Shown here: piece by piece, positions 1 through 13,341 of the stretch
Position numbering within the stretch: position 1 is the first letter of the stretch
Layout of the letters: every line of letters begins with the position of its first letter
Assembly: GCF_963921235.1 (NCBI RefSeq)
Contig: NC_086109.1
Span: 13,208,001 to 13,272,000, forward strand
Direction of reading: 5' to 3'
DNA from: Mobula hypostoma
Lineage: Eukaryota
DNA: 64,000 bases
The notes under the pieces: generated by a model
Database searches by the model: none
Told to the model about the DNA's origin: nothing
The model's input: only the letters and a program-made list of their open reading frames with translations
Translations under genes and position numbers: made by a program

Positions 1-431
1 TAGTAAGGACCCTCGCTCCACAGCAGAGATGTCTATTGGCAGAGGACAAATCTGAGGTGAAAAGTAAGATGTTTAGAGGGGATCTGAGGAAGAACATTTT
101 TGCTCAGAGAATGGTCAAAGTCTAGAACACACCATGGAGAAAGATTTTCTCACAACTTTTAAGAAGCATCTAGTCGAGTGCTTAAATTACTGAACAATAG
201 TTGACTAAGGACCAAATAAATGGGATTAGTATAGATAAGTGCTTGCTGGTTGGCACAGACACAGTGGGGTCAAAGTGTCTGCTTCTGTGCTATATGACTC
301 TGTGACTCTAACATTTACTCAGCTTAGTGATGAACTGTGGCTGTTGCCTGCTCCAGCTGCAATGATGTCTGGCTTCATAAAACTCCAGCTCTGAAAGCTA
401 CTTGCTTACATTTATTGTTGGCAGAATTTCT

Positions 432-433
<2 letters not shown>

Positions 434-469
<36 letters not shown>
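434..469. repeat. (CT)n microsatellite
   Basis: Perfect CT dinucleotide run. Confidence 0.95.
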
Positions 470-474
<5 letters not shown>

Positions 475-1109
475 ATTGGGTGTTTGACAGTCTTCATTTT
501 AATGAGTTCTTTTGAGGATTCTTTGCCTTGTGGCTGCCTGCAAGGTGACGAATCTCAAGGTTGTATAATGTACACACACTTTGATAACTGTACTTTGAAC
601 TTCGAATATTCAGCCCAAAGATACTCTTCACTATGTTATGTGACTTTGCCATGGTACTAAATGGAATTCATTCAGAATAACTCCAACTACTTGGAACTGG
701 GCATTCAAAAGATACCAATGGGGCATATGCAGTGGTGGAAAAAGAACATAAATAGCAACAGGATTAAACCATTTCACCCTCTGCCATTCAATAAAATCCT
801 TGCCAACCTAACTTGTCACATTTTACCTGCCCTCCCCCCGCCGCCATGTCCCTTGATTCCTCCAATAGCTGTTGACCTTAGTTTTGAGGGAAATTAGTAA
901 CTGAGCCGTCTTGACTATTCACAACAGAGAATTCCAGAGGTTCATCACCCTTGGAGTGAAGGAAATTGTTCTAATGTAATTACCAAGTCAGAGGACCAAA
1001 TGACCTATGATGAGCTCAGTGATGAGTGTGAAAAGGTGCTTTGCTGGATTCAGCATCAGGCCCACCTAAAATTAATGCAACATTTTGGTAAAACCACTAC
1101 AAAGATTCA

Positions 1110-1770
1110 CTTATACTTTATACTTTATAGTCGCCAAACAATTGATACTAGAGCGTACAATCATCACAGCGATATTTGATTCTGCGCTTCACACTCCCTG
1201 GAGTACAAATCGATAGTAAATATTAAAAATTTAAATTATAAATCATATATAGAAAGTAGAAAAGGGAAAGTAAGGTAGTGCAAAAAAAACTGAGATGCAG
1301 GTCTGGATATTTGGAGGGTACGGCCTAGATCCGGGTCAGGATCCATTCAGCAGTCTTACCACAGTTGGAAAGAAGCTGTTCCCAAATCTGGCCGTACGAG
1401 TCTTCAAGCTCCTGAGCCTTCTCCCGGAGGGAAAAGGGACGAAAAGTGTGTTGGCTGGGTGGGTCGTGTCCTTGATTATCCTGGCAGCACTGATCCAACA
1501 GCGTGCGGTGTAAAGTGAGTCCAAGGACGGAAGATTGGTTTGTGTGATGTGCTGCACCGTGTTCACGATCTTCTGCAGCTTCTTCCGGTCTTGGACAGGA
1601 CAACTTCCACACCAGGTTGTGATGCACCCTAGAAGAATGCTTTCTACAGTGTATCTATAAAAATTAGTGATGGTTTTAGGGGACAGGCCAAATTTCTTTA
1701 GCTTTCTCAGGAAGTAAAGGCACTGGTGGGCACTTCTTGGCAGTGGGCTCTGCTAGGTTGGACCAAGTCA
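1110..1770 (-). mobile_element. Rex1/Babar-type LINE 3' fragment
   Basis: Minus ORF with SAARIIKDTTHPANTLF..PSGRRLRSLKTRTARFGNSFFP, a typical C-terminus of this LINE group; AT-rich 3' UTR ending in short (TAAAGTA) tail repeats. Confidence 0.85.
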
Positions 1771-3519
1771 GTACTCTAAAACCAGTATGAACTGGACAAA
1801 CACAAGTAATCTGACCACAGTGGATCAAATTAGACAGTCCAACCACAGCCATTCGTGGTTGTAGATAATTAGAGTTAAAAGAAAAGAACAGGATGCCCCA
1901 AGGTACAGAAGAGGCAATAGGACCAGACAACATCCCAGCTTTAGTACTTTAAGACTTGTGCTCCAAAAACACCCAGTCCTCTCATCAAACTGCTGCTCCA
2001 GTACAGATCTTTGTTTTGTTACATAACGCATCATTAAATTTTTAATCTTCTAAACCAAAATGAATACTACTTGGCAACCTCCCTGATCCCAAAAAAACAC
2101 TTTTCCATGGTGTAGGCTGTAATCCTCTCAGCTGTAAAGGTCTTTTTATGGATTTTCAATATTTATTAGCTGTATATTAATGCAAAGTGTATGTTCTCAT
2201 CTTCATTTTGCATTATCAAAGGAATCTAAAATCTATAATTTTAACAATGCACTTCTGTTTAAATATATTGTACAAATTTTATATTTAAGTTCCTTTTTAG
2301 AATTCTAAACTAGGTTTTGAGTTTCTTTTTTGATTAGATCACTATGGCTTGACTCTGTGAATAGCAGCAGAAGGGTCTACAGAGAGATCAGCAGATCCTC
2401 AATGCATACACACTTTAAGGACCACAGTGAGAGGCATTACCTCACCACTGTACTACAAAGATTAGCTTTATTTGTCCCATGCACCTCAAAACATACAGTG
2501 AACTGCGTCACTCTTCAGCGCCAATGATCAGCACAAACAAAGATTGTGCTGGGGGCCCGTAAGTGACTGACGCCAACACAGACAGCCCACAATTCACTAA
2601 CGCTAACCAGTATGGCTATTGGAGTGTGGGAGGAAACCAGAGCACCTAGAGGAAACCCACACAGACAGGGAGAGGACATGCAAACTCCTTATGGACAGGA
2701 ATCAAATTCCGATCGGTGGCCACTGCCGCTATAATGCGATTGTGCTGTCTCTCTTCCATGTTGTCCGTCTAGCCCAAAGTCACACGCATGGGTAAAGACT
2801 CCAATAAACAATTATTGACGGGAAAAAATAATTTCTGAGCAATAAAACCTAAATATTTAATAAAAATGCTGCAATATTCTTTCTGCATCTTTGGGAATAT
2901 TTTATAACTCATTCGCAAATTAGCGACTGAGTTTGAAACACCACAATGAACTACCTCCACTCAGTTACTTTAAATTCACTATGTTCCATTTTATTCCACT
3001 CAGTTTGTTCTATTATTTCCCCCTTCTCCATTCCATATTTTCACTCAGTGTAGCAGAACTAAAACAGATTTAGTCAGGATTTTGTCAAGTAAGCCACCTA
3101 CTTGTTCTATCAGCATTGTGTATCTCTCAGCTGTCTCTGTATGCTGACATTAGCAATTCATTCATGCTTGCTAATGAAGTGTTACAAGCTCTACAGCAGC
3201 AAGCAGCAGCTTAATAAGACAGCTGGTGACCACAAAAAGCTTGTTGGAAAACACAAGGCAAGTTAAAGCCATTTCACTCACGTGAAAGATCCACATGATA
3301 ACCATCAACACAGTCTGGTTCATGGGGTTATGACAAATAGCTAAGCCTTTGAGCTGCCTTGTTTAAAGATGAATCTTACAATGTAGATTGATTGCAATTC
3401 AGTGCTTCTGTGCATGTTAGAATCCAATTTGACTTTTGGGATTAGTTCTATTCAATTCTTTACAATGTCACTATATTAATTTTTGATTATACACAATTTA
3501 TTCTATTCAGTTATTCCCT

Positions 3520-3945
3520 CAGAATTAGAATCAGGTTTAATATCACCAGCATTTGTCGTGAAATGTGTTAACTTTGTGGCAGCAGCACAATGCAATACAT
3601 GATAATAGAGAAAAACTGTGAATTACAGTGAGTATAATTATTAAATAGTTAAATTAAATAAGTAGTGGACAAAAAAAGAAACGAGAAAGTAGTGAGGTAG
3701 TGTTCATGGGTTCAGTGTCCATTCAGAAATCGGATGGCAGAGGGGAAGAAGCTGTTCCTGAATTGTTGAGTGTGTGCCCTCAGACTCCTGTACCTCCTTC
3801 CTGATGGCAGCAACGAGAACAAGACATCACCTGGGTGATGGGGGTCTCGAATGTGGATACCACTTATTTGCGGCATCGCTCCTTGAAGGTGTCCTGGATA
3901 CTATGGAGGTTAGTGTCCATGATGGAGCTGACGAAATTTACAACT
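3520..3945 (-). mobile_element. Degenerate Rex1/Babar or L2-type LINE 3' end
   Basis: Matches 39133-39445 (gtagtgttcatgggttc..tgtccattcagaaat..gatggcaga.gggaagaagctgttcctgaa); (GATTCT)-like tail. Confidence 0.7.
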
Positions 3946-4393
3946 CTCATTTAAAACTCTGCCTATTTCAATCCTCAATTACTCTCATTTATTTTTTATC
4001 ATCCCTCCATTTAATGCCACTTAAACCGATTAACCAGAGATTTGCAGTCCGCCAAGAATGAATAATGCCTGAGAAGAGCTGCCCGCAAATCCTGTAAGTA
4101 CAGGGAAGGCAGTGAAGTCTAGGTTGATAATCCAAAGCCTGAGGACCACTCGCTTAGATATGCTTGTTTTGCTTTTCTGATTGTTTCTCATTTCTGCTTT
4201 GTCACTGGGCTCCTCATGGACTACAGTGGTGAAGCTTTAACTTCCTGCAATGTCCCCAGGAAATCTGCTGACAGGACCTGAGCCAGGGTAGACCTGGTCC
4301 AGAGGAGAGGAACCGACAGGAAGGGAGAATGGCAAGTTTCGAGTAATTTATTTTTACATTGAGTTACTTAAATATACTTAGTAATTAAGTACT

Positions 4394-4890
4394 AAGATCG
4401 TGAACACGGCGCAGCACATCACACAAACCAATCTTCCGTCCTTGGACTCACTTTACACCGCACACTGTTGGAGCAGTGCTGCCAGGATAATCAAGGACAC
4501 GACCCACCCAGCCAACACACTTTTCGTCCCTCTTCCCTCTGGGAGAAGGCTCAGGAGCTTGAAGACTCGTACAGCCAGATTTGGGAACAGATTCTTTCTA
4601 ACTGTGATAAAACTGCTGAACGGATCCTGACCCAGATCTGGGCCGTACCCTCCAAATATCCGGACCTGCCTCTCGGTTTTTTTTGCACTACCTTACTTTC
4701 CATTTTTCTATTTTCTATTTATGACTTATAATTTAAATTTTTAATATTTACTAATTTTTACTATTTTTAATATTTTAAAAATATTTTAAATATTTAATAT
4801 TTTTAATCCAGGGAGCGGGAAGCACAGAATCAAATATCGCTGTGATGATTGTACGTTCTAGTATCAATTGTTTGGCGACAATAAGGTATT
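4394..4890 (+). mobile_element. Rex1/Babar-type LINE 3' fragment, same subfamily as 1110-1770
   Basis: ORF 4400-4630 is nearly identical to minus ORF 1336-1566; same 3' UTR. Confidence 0.85.
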
Positions 4891-6589
4891 TATTTATTTA
4901 ATTAACATGAATTAATTCAAATAAATACTTTTCAGTGTGTTCCCATGTTTTAATTTTTTTATATTTAATCTTTAACACTGACTATTTTAACTAATTTTTT
5001 AATAGAATAGGTATTTTTAAATTCCCTTCCAACGTTCAGTAATCCTGTAACTTCCACATATGTGCCCTGTACCATGGAGTTTGGGGACACACTGGAGATT
5101 AGACCTTATCATGTCAGACCTTTCACTGCAGCACATGGCTTATTTCTGAGTCCAGGAGTGGCCCCAGATCGTACATTGCAAAGGGATGGTTGTACTTTGC
5201 ATGTGACCACCCAGATTTATGGCCAGCCAACAAGCAGCAAGCCATTCATTTGAAGGAGGGTGACAACTTTCATCGACGAGAAAAGTTCTGCTTCAACATG
5301 TTGTATAGCTTTTTCGTTACTTCACTCCACACTTTAATTAATGCAGTAATTTAATATTTTAATTGACAATAATTTACTGTTTTATCTAAATTTATTCTTT
5401 TAAAAAACTTTTTTTTTACTTAATGTACTTAAACTTTGTTAAGTGAAGCCGATTATCAGAGTAACACACACAAAATGCTGGAGGAACTTCGCAGGTCAAG
5501 CAGTATCTATGGAATAATTCAGCATCTGCTGAATCTCTTACGTTTATGATTTGTCAAACATCAGAAATATTTAAAACATGCTATTGCCCACAGCGCACTG
5601 TCAATGGGACTTTAGGACAGGAGGAGTATGGAACACTATGGTCCAGAAGCAGGTTGCTGAAACTAGGCAGTATAACATTGACTAATTAGGCTGAAGGATC
5701 TATTTCTGTGCTCTATGAATCTATGACATCAAGGTAACCTTAGGGGTGGAACCTCACCAGAAGCGCAATCACCACTTGCAGCCTGCTTTGCCTTGTAGAA
5801 GGGCATCACAGTGAAATCTTCCAGAGTAGTGCTGTCATGGCTTGAAGCAGCTATAAGATAAAAGCAGGGCCCAAATGCTAGTGACGGGTCCGATCCAACA
5901 TTATCTCACCCAACTGTTTTCATTTTGACTGATTATGAAATTCAAAACTTTTCGACGCTTTTCAGCTCAATACTGAGGACACAACTTAGCCAGCTGTCAA
6001 CGCGTTTCAAGGGTCACGGCTTTCTATTTTTTCTTTCACAGCCTCTCACCAATCGGCAGGTGGCTTTGCCCAAGCATATCACCCAAGCTCCAGCCAAGAA
6101 CGAGTTGTGTAGAACTGAGCTTGGGTGATATGTCACTGATAAATGAACAACTCCTAATCCCATAACAAATTTCACGACATATATCATAACCCTGATTCTG
6201 ACTCTGTTTTCATTCAATCTCAGAATGTGGACATAGTGGTCAATATCTCCACCTACTATCCACGCCTGCCGAAATGCACCTCACTGAACAGGCAGTTTTA
6301 GCACCAACGACATACAGGCATTCATCAACTCTCAGTTTATAGATTTAGGCAATATTGTGGTTAACTCTTTTGGGTTCATGTTTTCAGGCTCCAGACATGA
6401 GTTTCACTACAATAAATGCCCCCTAGCTCATAATACAGTAAATGCACATGGTGCCATTTATGCATTATACACCACCTTTTCAATTTACAAAATTCCCCCC
6501 AATGCAGCATCTTCCAGGAATTCTATCCTTCCATAAGTAAGGATTGGCTACATTGGCCACATTTAGTAAACAGGGCAGATTTCCATCCC

Positions 6590-6980
6590 TGAAGGAGTGA
6601 AAGAGGATGAGAGGTGACATGATGCAGATGTACAAGATGCTGAGAGGCACAAAGTGAGCTGATAAACAGAAACTCTTTCCCAGGGGCAAAAATGGCTAAT
6701 ATGAGGGTCGTAATTTTCAGATGACTGGAGGAAAGTATAGGGAAAATGTCAGAAGTAGTTTTTTTTTACACAGAGTGGTGGGTGCATGGGATGCCCTGCC
6801 GGGGTAGCAGTAGAGGTAGGTACATTAGGGACATTTAAGAAACTCTTAGATAGGCACATGGGTGAAAGAAAAATGGAGGCTATGAAGGAGGGAAGGGTTA
6901 AATTAATCTTAGTATAGGTTAAAATCAATCCATGGTGGGCTGAATGGCTTGTACTATGCTGTAATGTTCTGTGTTCTTAG
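6590..6980 (+). mobile_element. CR1 LINE 3' fragment
   Basis: Degenerate RMRGD.I..YK...G and FFTQRVV..W motifs followed by the CR1 3' UTR. Confidence 0.75.
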
Positions 6981-8884
6981 TTAGCAGTGCAGCAGATGAG
7001 GATTTACAGTAATCAGGTAGATACATAGTCACTAGTACTCAGACCTGATTTTAATTCTGGATTTATTTAATTTAAATTCCCCAGCTGCCATTTTTGGTTT
7101 TGAACTCATAACTTTGGATCAATGGTCCACAACCACCGGTCTTATCATTTAACAATTCTATCATGCCAAAGATTCAACTACACATCAATTGTCCCACCTA
7201 AGCTCTGTACTTTTCCTTGAGGTCAAGGTTAGCTGCAGTGCAGCTCCAGGTTCCCATAAGGAACACTGAGAAGTATCTCCCTACACTCCCTGACCCCAAG
7301 CATACTACCCATATCTTTCCTCATGAAATGCCCCTTTCAAAGATTTAACCTAAATGGAGATGATTGTACTTCTGGTTTCCTTCCTCTAAATGCCTGGCAG
7401 TCATCTCCCTCTTCCCTGATGATTCCAGGCTAGGAGTTGACCATCCACGGATGAAAGACACCCAGCAACATACGACTCACTGATGAGATAATGAAGAATT
7501 TTTCCACACCACCCCAACAAATTCCTGCTCCAGGTGAAAACAAGGACTTGGGAACTCATCTAGGTTATAGAGCTCTAATTGCCTTCTCCACGAGTGCCAC
7601 AGGGGAAATCACCCAAGGTTTCAACTCCACTTTGACATCAGATAAACAAATTAGCAAAAGCCTCACATGCACTAAGGAAACAGGGAAGTTGAGGAATATT
7701 TTTGAACAGCTAGTTAGGATTTCCAGATGAATGATAACACAATGTCGAAAACTCTCACTGCTATTGAAAAACCCTCAAAGTGTCCACACAGGATTGACCA
7801 AGTTCCCTGAGACCTTGCCCAAATAGAGAAACACTTTGAGCTGGCATTCTGATCTAATCTCCTGAAAATTGTTTGCGAGATACCCTCTTCTCATTACTAC
7901 CATCAGGAAGGAGGTACAGAAGCTTAAAAGCAAACACTCAAAATTTCAAGAAAAGCTTCTTCCCTTCTGCCATCAGATATCTCAATGGTCCTTGAACCTA
8001 TGAACAATAACTTATTATTTTGATCTGTTTTTACACTAGTTTTTTTTATATATTTCTTATTGTAACTTACAGTATTTTTACGTATTGTACTGTGCTGCCG
8101 CTACAAAACAACAAATTTCATGACGTGTTTGTGATAACGGGAAGCAGATAGACTAGGCAAGAATAATTTGCAAGACTAAAAGAGTGCAGAAGAGAAAGTA
8201 ATGATGGGATCACTCAACTTGGGTTCAGCATTGACCCAACTGGCTGAATGATCTGTGCCACATGAACTTAACGCTACAGCTGATCAAGCACCCCACCCTG
8301 AACCTAACAGTTCAAAGGAGAAATCTGACTCTGTTTACAGTTCATCGTCAATGTTATTATGCTTCCAAGGTAAGACACTCTCCCCAATCCTACAATCCAG
8401 AGGAAGTTCAGAAGGAAGACGCAAAGAAACTGGAGAAAGTCAGTGGTCAGGCAGCATCTTTGGAGGGAAATGGCCAGTCAACATCTCAGGTTGAAACCCC
8501 TTACCTGGGCTCAGATAAAGAATTCAGAAGAAAAACCTTTGTCAGGGAGTAACGAGAATGTGAAACTCACTGTCACAGGGAGTTGGTGAAATGCAGATCT
8601 CACTACCCCAAGGAGCTGATGTCAATATGGAGCTCACCATGCACAGGGTGATGAAGTATTTAAGGGCAGGTGGATCAGGCATAGGAGGGGTTAAATAGGG
8701 ACAGTCAGATAGGGGAAGAGAGGAAGAAAATGAGGGGTTAGTTGCAGGGAAATAATAATGGTGTTGATGGGGACACTCTGAGAGTAGGTAGAGACTTGAT
8801 GGGCCTAATGCTATGAGAAGATCAGAGATATACCAGCATTGACTGGTTTCTCTATCCTGTGTGATGGTAATCCCTCACACTGAC

Positions 8885-9267
8885 CTGTACTGTTCCAGCT
8901 CCCGCTCCAGCTCCTGGACTCTGCTCTGCAGAATGGGGATCTGCTTGGCTCCATCCTCCAGCTCCCTCACCTTCTCTATGGCACCCTGCAGCTGTGCGCT
9001 GGCTTCTTCCGCCTTCCTCCTGATCTGGGTCGTGCAGGCTGTGAGGGCGGCCGCCGACCGCTCCCACCGGGCCAGCAGGCAGTGCGCCTGTCTCAGCTCC
9101 TCCTCCAGCTGCTGGTTGAACCGCATGGCTTCCTGGATCTGACCGTCCCTGGATTCCCTGATCAGCTCCAGCTCCCTCAGCGCACTCCGGAACCCCGGAC
9201 AGCTCCTCTCCACTGCCTCGCTCCTCTTAGCCCAGCTTGGAGATCCTCGCTCTGTCCAAGTGTAGAC
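8885..9267 (-). CDS. efcc1: EF-hand and coiled-coil domain-containing protein 1, coding exon 2 (coiled coil)
   Basis: Acceptor ttttatgccctaAG|GTC is phase 0 and matches the exon 1 donor; encodes ALRELELIRESRDGQIQEAMRFNQQLEEELR...LERELEQYR, resembling the EFCC1 coiled coil; donor TACAG|GTCAGT (phase 2). Confidence 0.9.
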
Positions 9268-9636
9268 CTTAGGGCATAAAACAACAAATATAAAACACAG
9301 CACAACACAGGAACAGACATTTTAGCCCATGATGTCTGAGCTAACCACAATGCCAGATTAGACTAAGTTTAATCTTCCTACACATATTCCATAGCCCTCC
9401 ATTCCCTGCATATCCATGTAGTTATCTAAAAGCCTCTTCAACACCATTGTAGTATCTTCTTGCATCGCCACACCTGGCTGCCCATTCTAGGTCCCCACCA
9501 CTCTCTATGTAAAAAAACTTGCCCATAGAATCATACAGTACTAAAACAGGTCCTACAGCCCAACTCACCCATGCCAAGCAAGATGCCCATGCAACGAAGT
9601 CCCATTTCTCTGTGTTCAGCCTATATCCCTCTGTAC

Positions 9637-9717
9637 TAAGGGTTCCCAACCTGCAGTCTACAGACCCCTTCCTTAATGATATCGGTCTATGGCATAAAAA
9701 AAGGTTGGAAACCCTTG
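9637..9717. mobile_element. Short hAT-type MITE
   Basis: Terminal inverted repeats agggttcccaacct / aggttggaaaccct; same family as 13807-13888. Confidence 0.7.
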
Positions 9718-9850
9718 CATTCCAATTTATGTACCTGCACACGTATCTTCTCAAAGTTCTTAATGTACCTGCCTCAGCCACTTGCTCTGGCAGCTCATTC
9801 CATGTACTGGCCACCCTCTCAGCGAGTAGGTTGTCCATCAGGTTTCTATT

Positions 9851-10130
9851 GTGGCACAGTAGCACAGTGGTTAGCACAACGTGCTACAGTACCAGCGACC
9901 CAGGTTCAATTCCTGCCGTTGCCTGTAAGGAGTTTGTATGCTCTGCCCGTGACCGCGTGGGTTTCCTCCGGGTGCTCCGGTTTCCTCCCACAGTCCAAAG
10001 GTGTACTGGTTGGTAGGTTAATTAGTCATTGTAAATTGCCCCGTGATTAGGTTAGGGTTAAATTTGGGGTTGCTGGGTGGCGAGGTTTGAAGGGCCTATT
10101 CCACACTGTACCTCAATAAATTAAAAAAAA
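9851..10130 (+). mobile_element. tRNA-derived V-SINE (HE1-like)
   Basis: A/B-box head (tagcacagtggttag..ggttcaattcc), V-domain gggtttcctccgggtgctccggtttcctcccaca, A-rich tail. Confidence 0.85.
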
Positions 10131-10319
10131 ATAACAGACCATCTCCCCACTCCAAATACACATCCTCTAGTACGGTATTGGACAGTGCTACCCGGGGTAA
10201 GAGATATCTAAGCCTCTCATACTATATAAATGTGTGTCTGATCTCTCCTTAGACTCAACCCTTATGGATCATACCCTCTAATCTAGGCAGCAAATGATAA
10301 ACATTTTCTGTACAGGTTT

Positions 10320-10835
10320 ACTGAAGACAGAAAGGGCCTGTTGGCTTTGGAGGCAATACACTGGAGGTTCACCAGGTTGATTCCAGGGTTGAGCAAGTTA
10401 ACCTATGAGGAAAGACTGAATCTCTCCCTATGGGATTACACTTGCTGGAATTCAGAAGAGGAGATCTTAAGGAAACATATAACGTTATTAAAGGAATAGA
10501 TAAGATAGAGGGAAGAAAGTTGTTTCCACTGGTAGGCAAGACTAAAACTAGGGGACATAGCCTGAAGATTTGGGGAGTAGATTTAGGGCCGAGATGAAGA
10601 GGAAATGCTTTTCCCAGAGAGTGGTGAATCTGTGGAACTCGCTGCCCTGGGAGGCAGTAGAGCATACCTCATTAAATATATGTAATATAGTTAGATGTTT
10701 GCATAGCAGGGGAATTAAGGATTATGAGGAAAAGGAGGAAAAGAGCAAGTTGAGTGCATGGCCAGATCTGCCACGATCTTATTGAATGGCGGAGCAGGCT
10801 CGATGGACCGAACGGCCGCTCCTCCTATTTCTTGT
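10320..10835 (+). mobile_element. CR1 LINE 3' fragment in efcc1 intron 1
   Basis: Encodes FSQRVVNLWNSLP; CR1 3' UTR. Confidence 0.85.
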
Positions 10836-10837
10836 GT

Positions 10838-10903
10838 CCCCTTCCCAAAGCCTACACATCCTTCCTGTAATGGGGCGACCAAAATTGCACACAATACTCC
10901 AAG
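10838..10903 (-). mobile_element. Small CR1 RT fragment abutting the efcc1 exon 1 donor
   Basis: Encodes LEYCVQFWSPHYRKDV, a hallmark CR1 ORF2 motif. Confidence 0.8.
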
Positions 10904-10909
10904 CCGTAC

Positions 10910-11596
10910 CTTTTGGAGGGCGACTTGCAGAGCCAGGCACCGCGCGTCGCTGCCCTGCAGGGCGCCTCGGAGATCCTCCACCAGCTCTCGCAGGCTGGCG
11001 TTCTCCAACTCCAGGGAGGTGGGACTCGTCTCCCCGTCCCCGGCGGGACTTGGTCCACTTCGGAGGTTAGGACAGGACGTCCCGTGCGCTTGGTTCTCCA
11101 CCCAACCCTTGGAGAGGTCAAAGGAGACGCATTTCTTCCTCCTCCGCCGCCGGGGGCACCTCAGGCTGATTTGCCTCTCGATATGTTCCGTCTCCTTCCC
11201 CACCGGCAGCCTCCCCGGGTTCTGCCCGGCTCTCTGGTGGAAATAGCCGCAGAGCCTAGCATGAAATTGCCGGAAAGTGACCGCTTCGGGCAGCCCGGCC
11301 AACAAAGACTGACCCTCCTCGTCACGCACCAAGTCCAACACGGAGCAAAGCAGTCGGAAGTCCTCGGCAGACACCAGACCGTCTCCCTGGTAATTCAAAT
11401 GCTGGAATATTTCCTGCAGATACTGGTCGGTGCCGGTGGCTAGAACCACGATCTCGTTGTCCTCCTGGGCGCTCTCCGAGCCGAAGTAATGGGAGAGAGC
11501 GCTCACTATCCAAGCGCTCCTGCGGACGGGGCGAGCCGGCGGTTCGGAGCAGTTCAGCATCGCCGGGGGGTTGCAACACCTAAACGCTTTGTGCAT
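10910..11596 (-). CDS. efcc1: EF-hand and coiled-coil domain-containing protein 1 (CCDC48), coding exon 1
   Basis: Translation matches recalled EFCC1 motifs: W..SAL.H..G, NEIVVLATG.DQYLQE.F.HL, TFRQFHARLCGYF, EHIE.QI.LR.PRRRR, EN.SLRELVEDLR.ALQ.SDARCLALQV. First in-frame ATG is 11596 (alternative 11560); donor AAG|GTACGG, phase 0. Confidence 0.93.
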
Positions 11597-11965
11597 ACTG
11601 CCAATACGTCCACCAGTTACAAACAAATCTTCCAAACCCTTGCCACCAACTGCCGGAAGCTTGATGAAAACTTGATTGTAAATGCAAGGTTAAATTCCAA
11701 TTGCGCTTTTTTCTCCCTTCAGAGCGCAAAGGTATAAACTTTGCTGCTACACTGTGTCGGGTCTTCCCTTCCTCTGGTTTCTCCGCCGCCGGTTCTGCTC
11801 TCGCTGGCTGGGATAGTTTCATTAATGCCCCGACCCCAGAACTCGGCTTCAGGACTCGCTGGTTAACGCGGGACCGGAGTGCGAGGAGATCGAGGGAGGT
11901 AGCTACCCCAGAGTCACTGTGTACGGTGTATCTTTTGGCATCGGACCAACTTGTGGCGCGGTAGG
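11597..11965 (-). promoter_or_regulatory. CpG-rich 5' UTR/promoter region of efcc1
   Basis: Locally high GC and CpG content against an AT-rich, CpG-poor background, directly upstream of the ATG. Confidence 0.6.
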
Positions 11966-13341
11966 TGTGTAATGGATGTTGAGAACCACGTGTAATCTCC
12001 AGCTACTGTTGATCACGCTACAGGAACATTGAAGTTTTATCATCACTTTAGAACAATGAAGTGTATGATACAACTATGACTTTACCACACGGATCCTTTC
12101 GGCTAACAAAAATCTTTAAATGGACTGAACCCCAGATTGAGTTTATTCCCCTGTATAGACGCTGCCTAACCTGCTGAGTTCCACCAACACTTGGCGTGAG
12201 TTGTTGTGGATTTCCAGCATCTGCAAAATCTCCTGTGTTTTGAATTCATTCTTTCTGCCCCAAACTTTATACTTGTTAGTAAATTGCTTTGGTTAACTTA
12301 CAGAAGGGATTCACAGGGTAAATGCAAACAAGCCTTTCTCTCCCCTGAGTTTGGGTGAGCGTAGAAATAGAGTAGAGCTCACAGGTTTATGGCAAAAGGT
12401 GAAATATTTAAGGGGAACCTAAAAGGGTACTTCTTCATTCAGAGGGTGGTGTGAATATGCCAGTGGAATTGGTGCCTGCTGATTCCATTGCAACAAGAAG
12501 TTTGATAAGTAGATGGATGGGAGGGGTATGGAGAGTTGCTGCTGGTCAATAGGATGGGGCAGAATAACAGTTTAGCAGGGATTAGATGGGCCAAAGGGCT
12601 GGTTTCTGTGCTGTAGTGCTCTGTGACTCAGGGATGAAGTACATTGGCAGGATTGGAGGCTTAGGTTGTAAGGAGAGACCCAATAGGCTGGGACAGAGAA
12701 GGAGAGTGTTACAGAGAATTATCAAGTTATGAGGGGCATGGATATGAATGGTCACATTTTTCCACAGAGCAGAAAGTTCTAAAACTAGAGCACATTGGGG
12801 GCAAGTTTTCGCCCAGAGGGAATGGTGGATGCATGGAACAAGCTGCCAGAGGAAGTTGGAGAGGCAGGTGCAAGTACCACATTTAGAAGATATTTGGCAG
12901 GTGCAGGGATAGGAATATTTAGAGGGTATGGGCCAATCAGGCAAATGGGACTGGCTCCGAAAGATAACTTGGTTGGCAGCGATGAGTTGGGCTGAAGGGT
13001 CTTTTTATGTGCTCAAGACTCAGTGCGGGGTTTCCACCCTAAACATCGAAAATTTCTTTCCTCCCACAGAGGGGGAGTTCTTCCAGCAGATTGATTGTTG
13101 CTCCAGATTCCAGCACCTTCAGTGTCTTGTATCTCCATTACACTATGACACTGAGCCATTCATACTTTAACCATACAGAAGGGAGGCTTTGGGGTCACTA
13201 AGTCCATGTAAGCTAGCAGGGGATCAATAGAGTCTAAGGAAGGATGTGCACGCATTGGAGAGAGCCCAGAGGAGGTTCTCAAGAATGATCCTAGGAATGA
13301 AAGGGGTAACTTATGAGGAGTGTTTGATGGCTCTGGACCTG

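Noticed and set aside
983..1066. Minus-strand AG...GT bounded segment as efcc1 exon 3
   Set aside because: Stops in all three frames and no EFCC1 similarity
5757..5850. Minus-strand open segment with acceptor and donor as efcc1 exon 3
   Set aside because: Open only in phase 1, whereas exon 2 ends in phase 2; no recognisable EFCC1 motif
10758..11443. Plus-strand ORFs overlapping efcc1 exon 1
   Set aside because: Antisense shadows of a GC-rich exon
10715..11635. 306-aa single-exon protein from the ORF track
   Set aside because: Starts at TTG and reads past the splice donor into CR1 sequence; the true exon is 11596-10910
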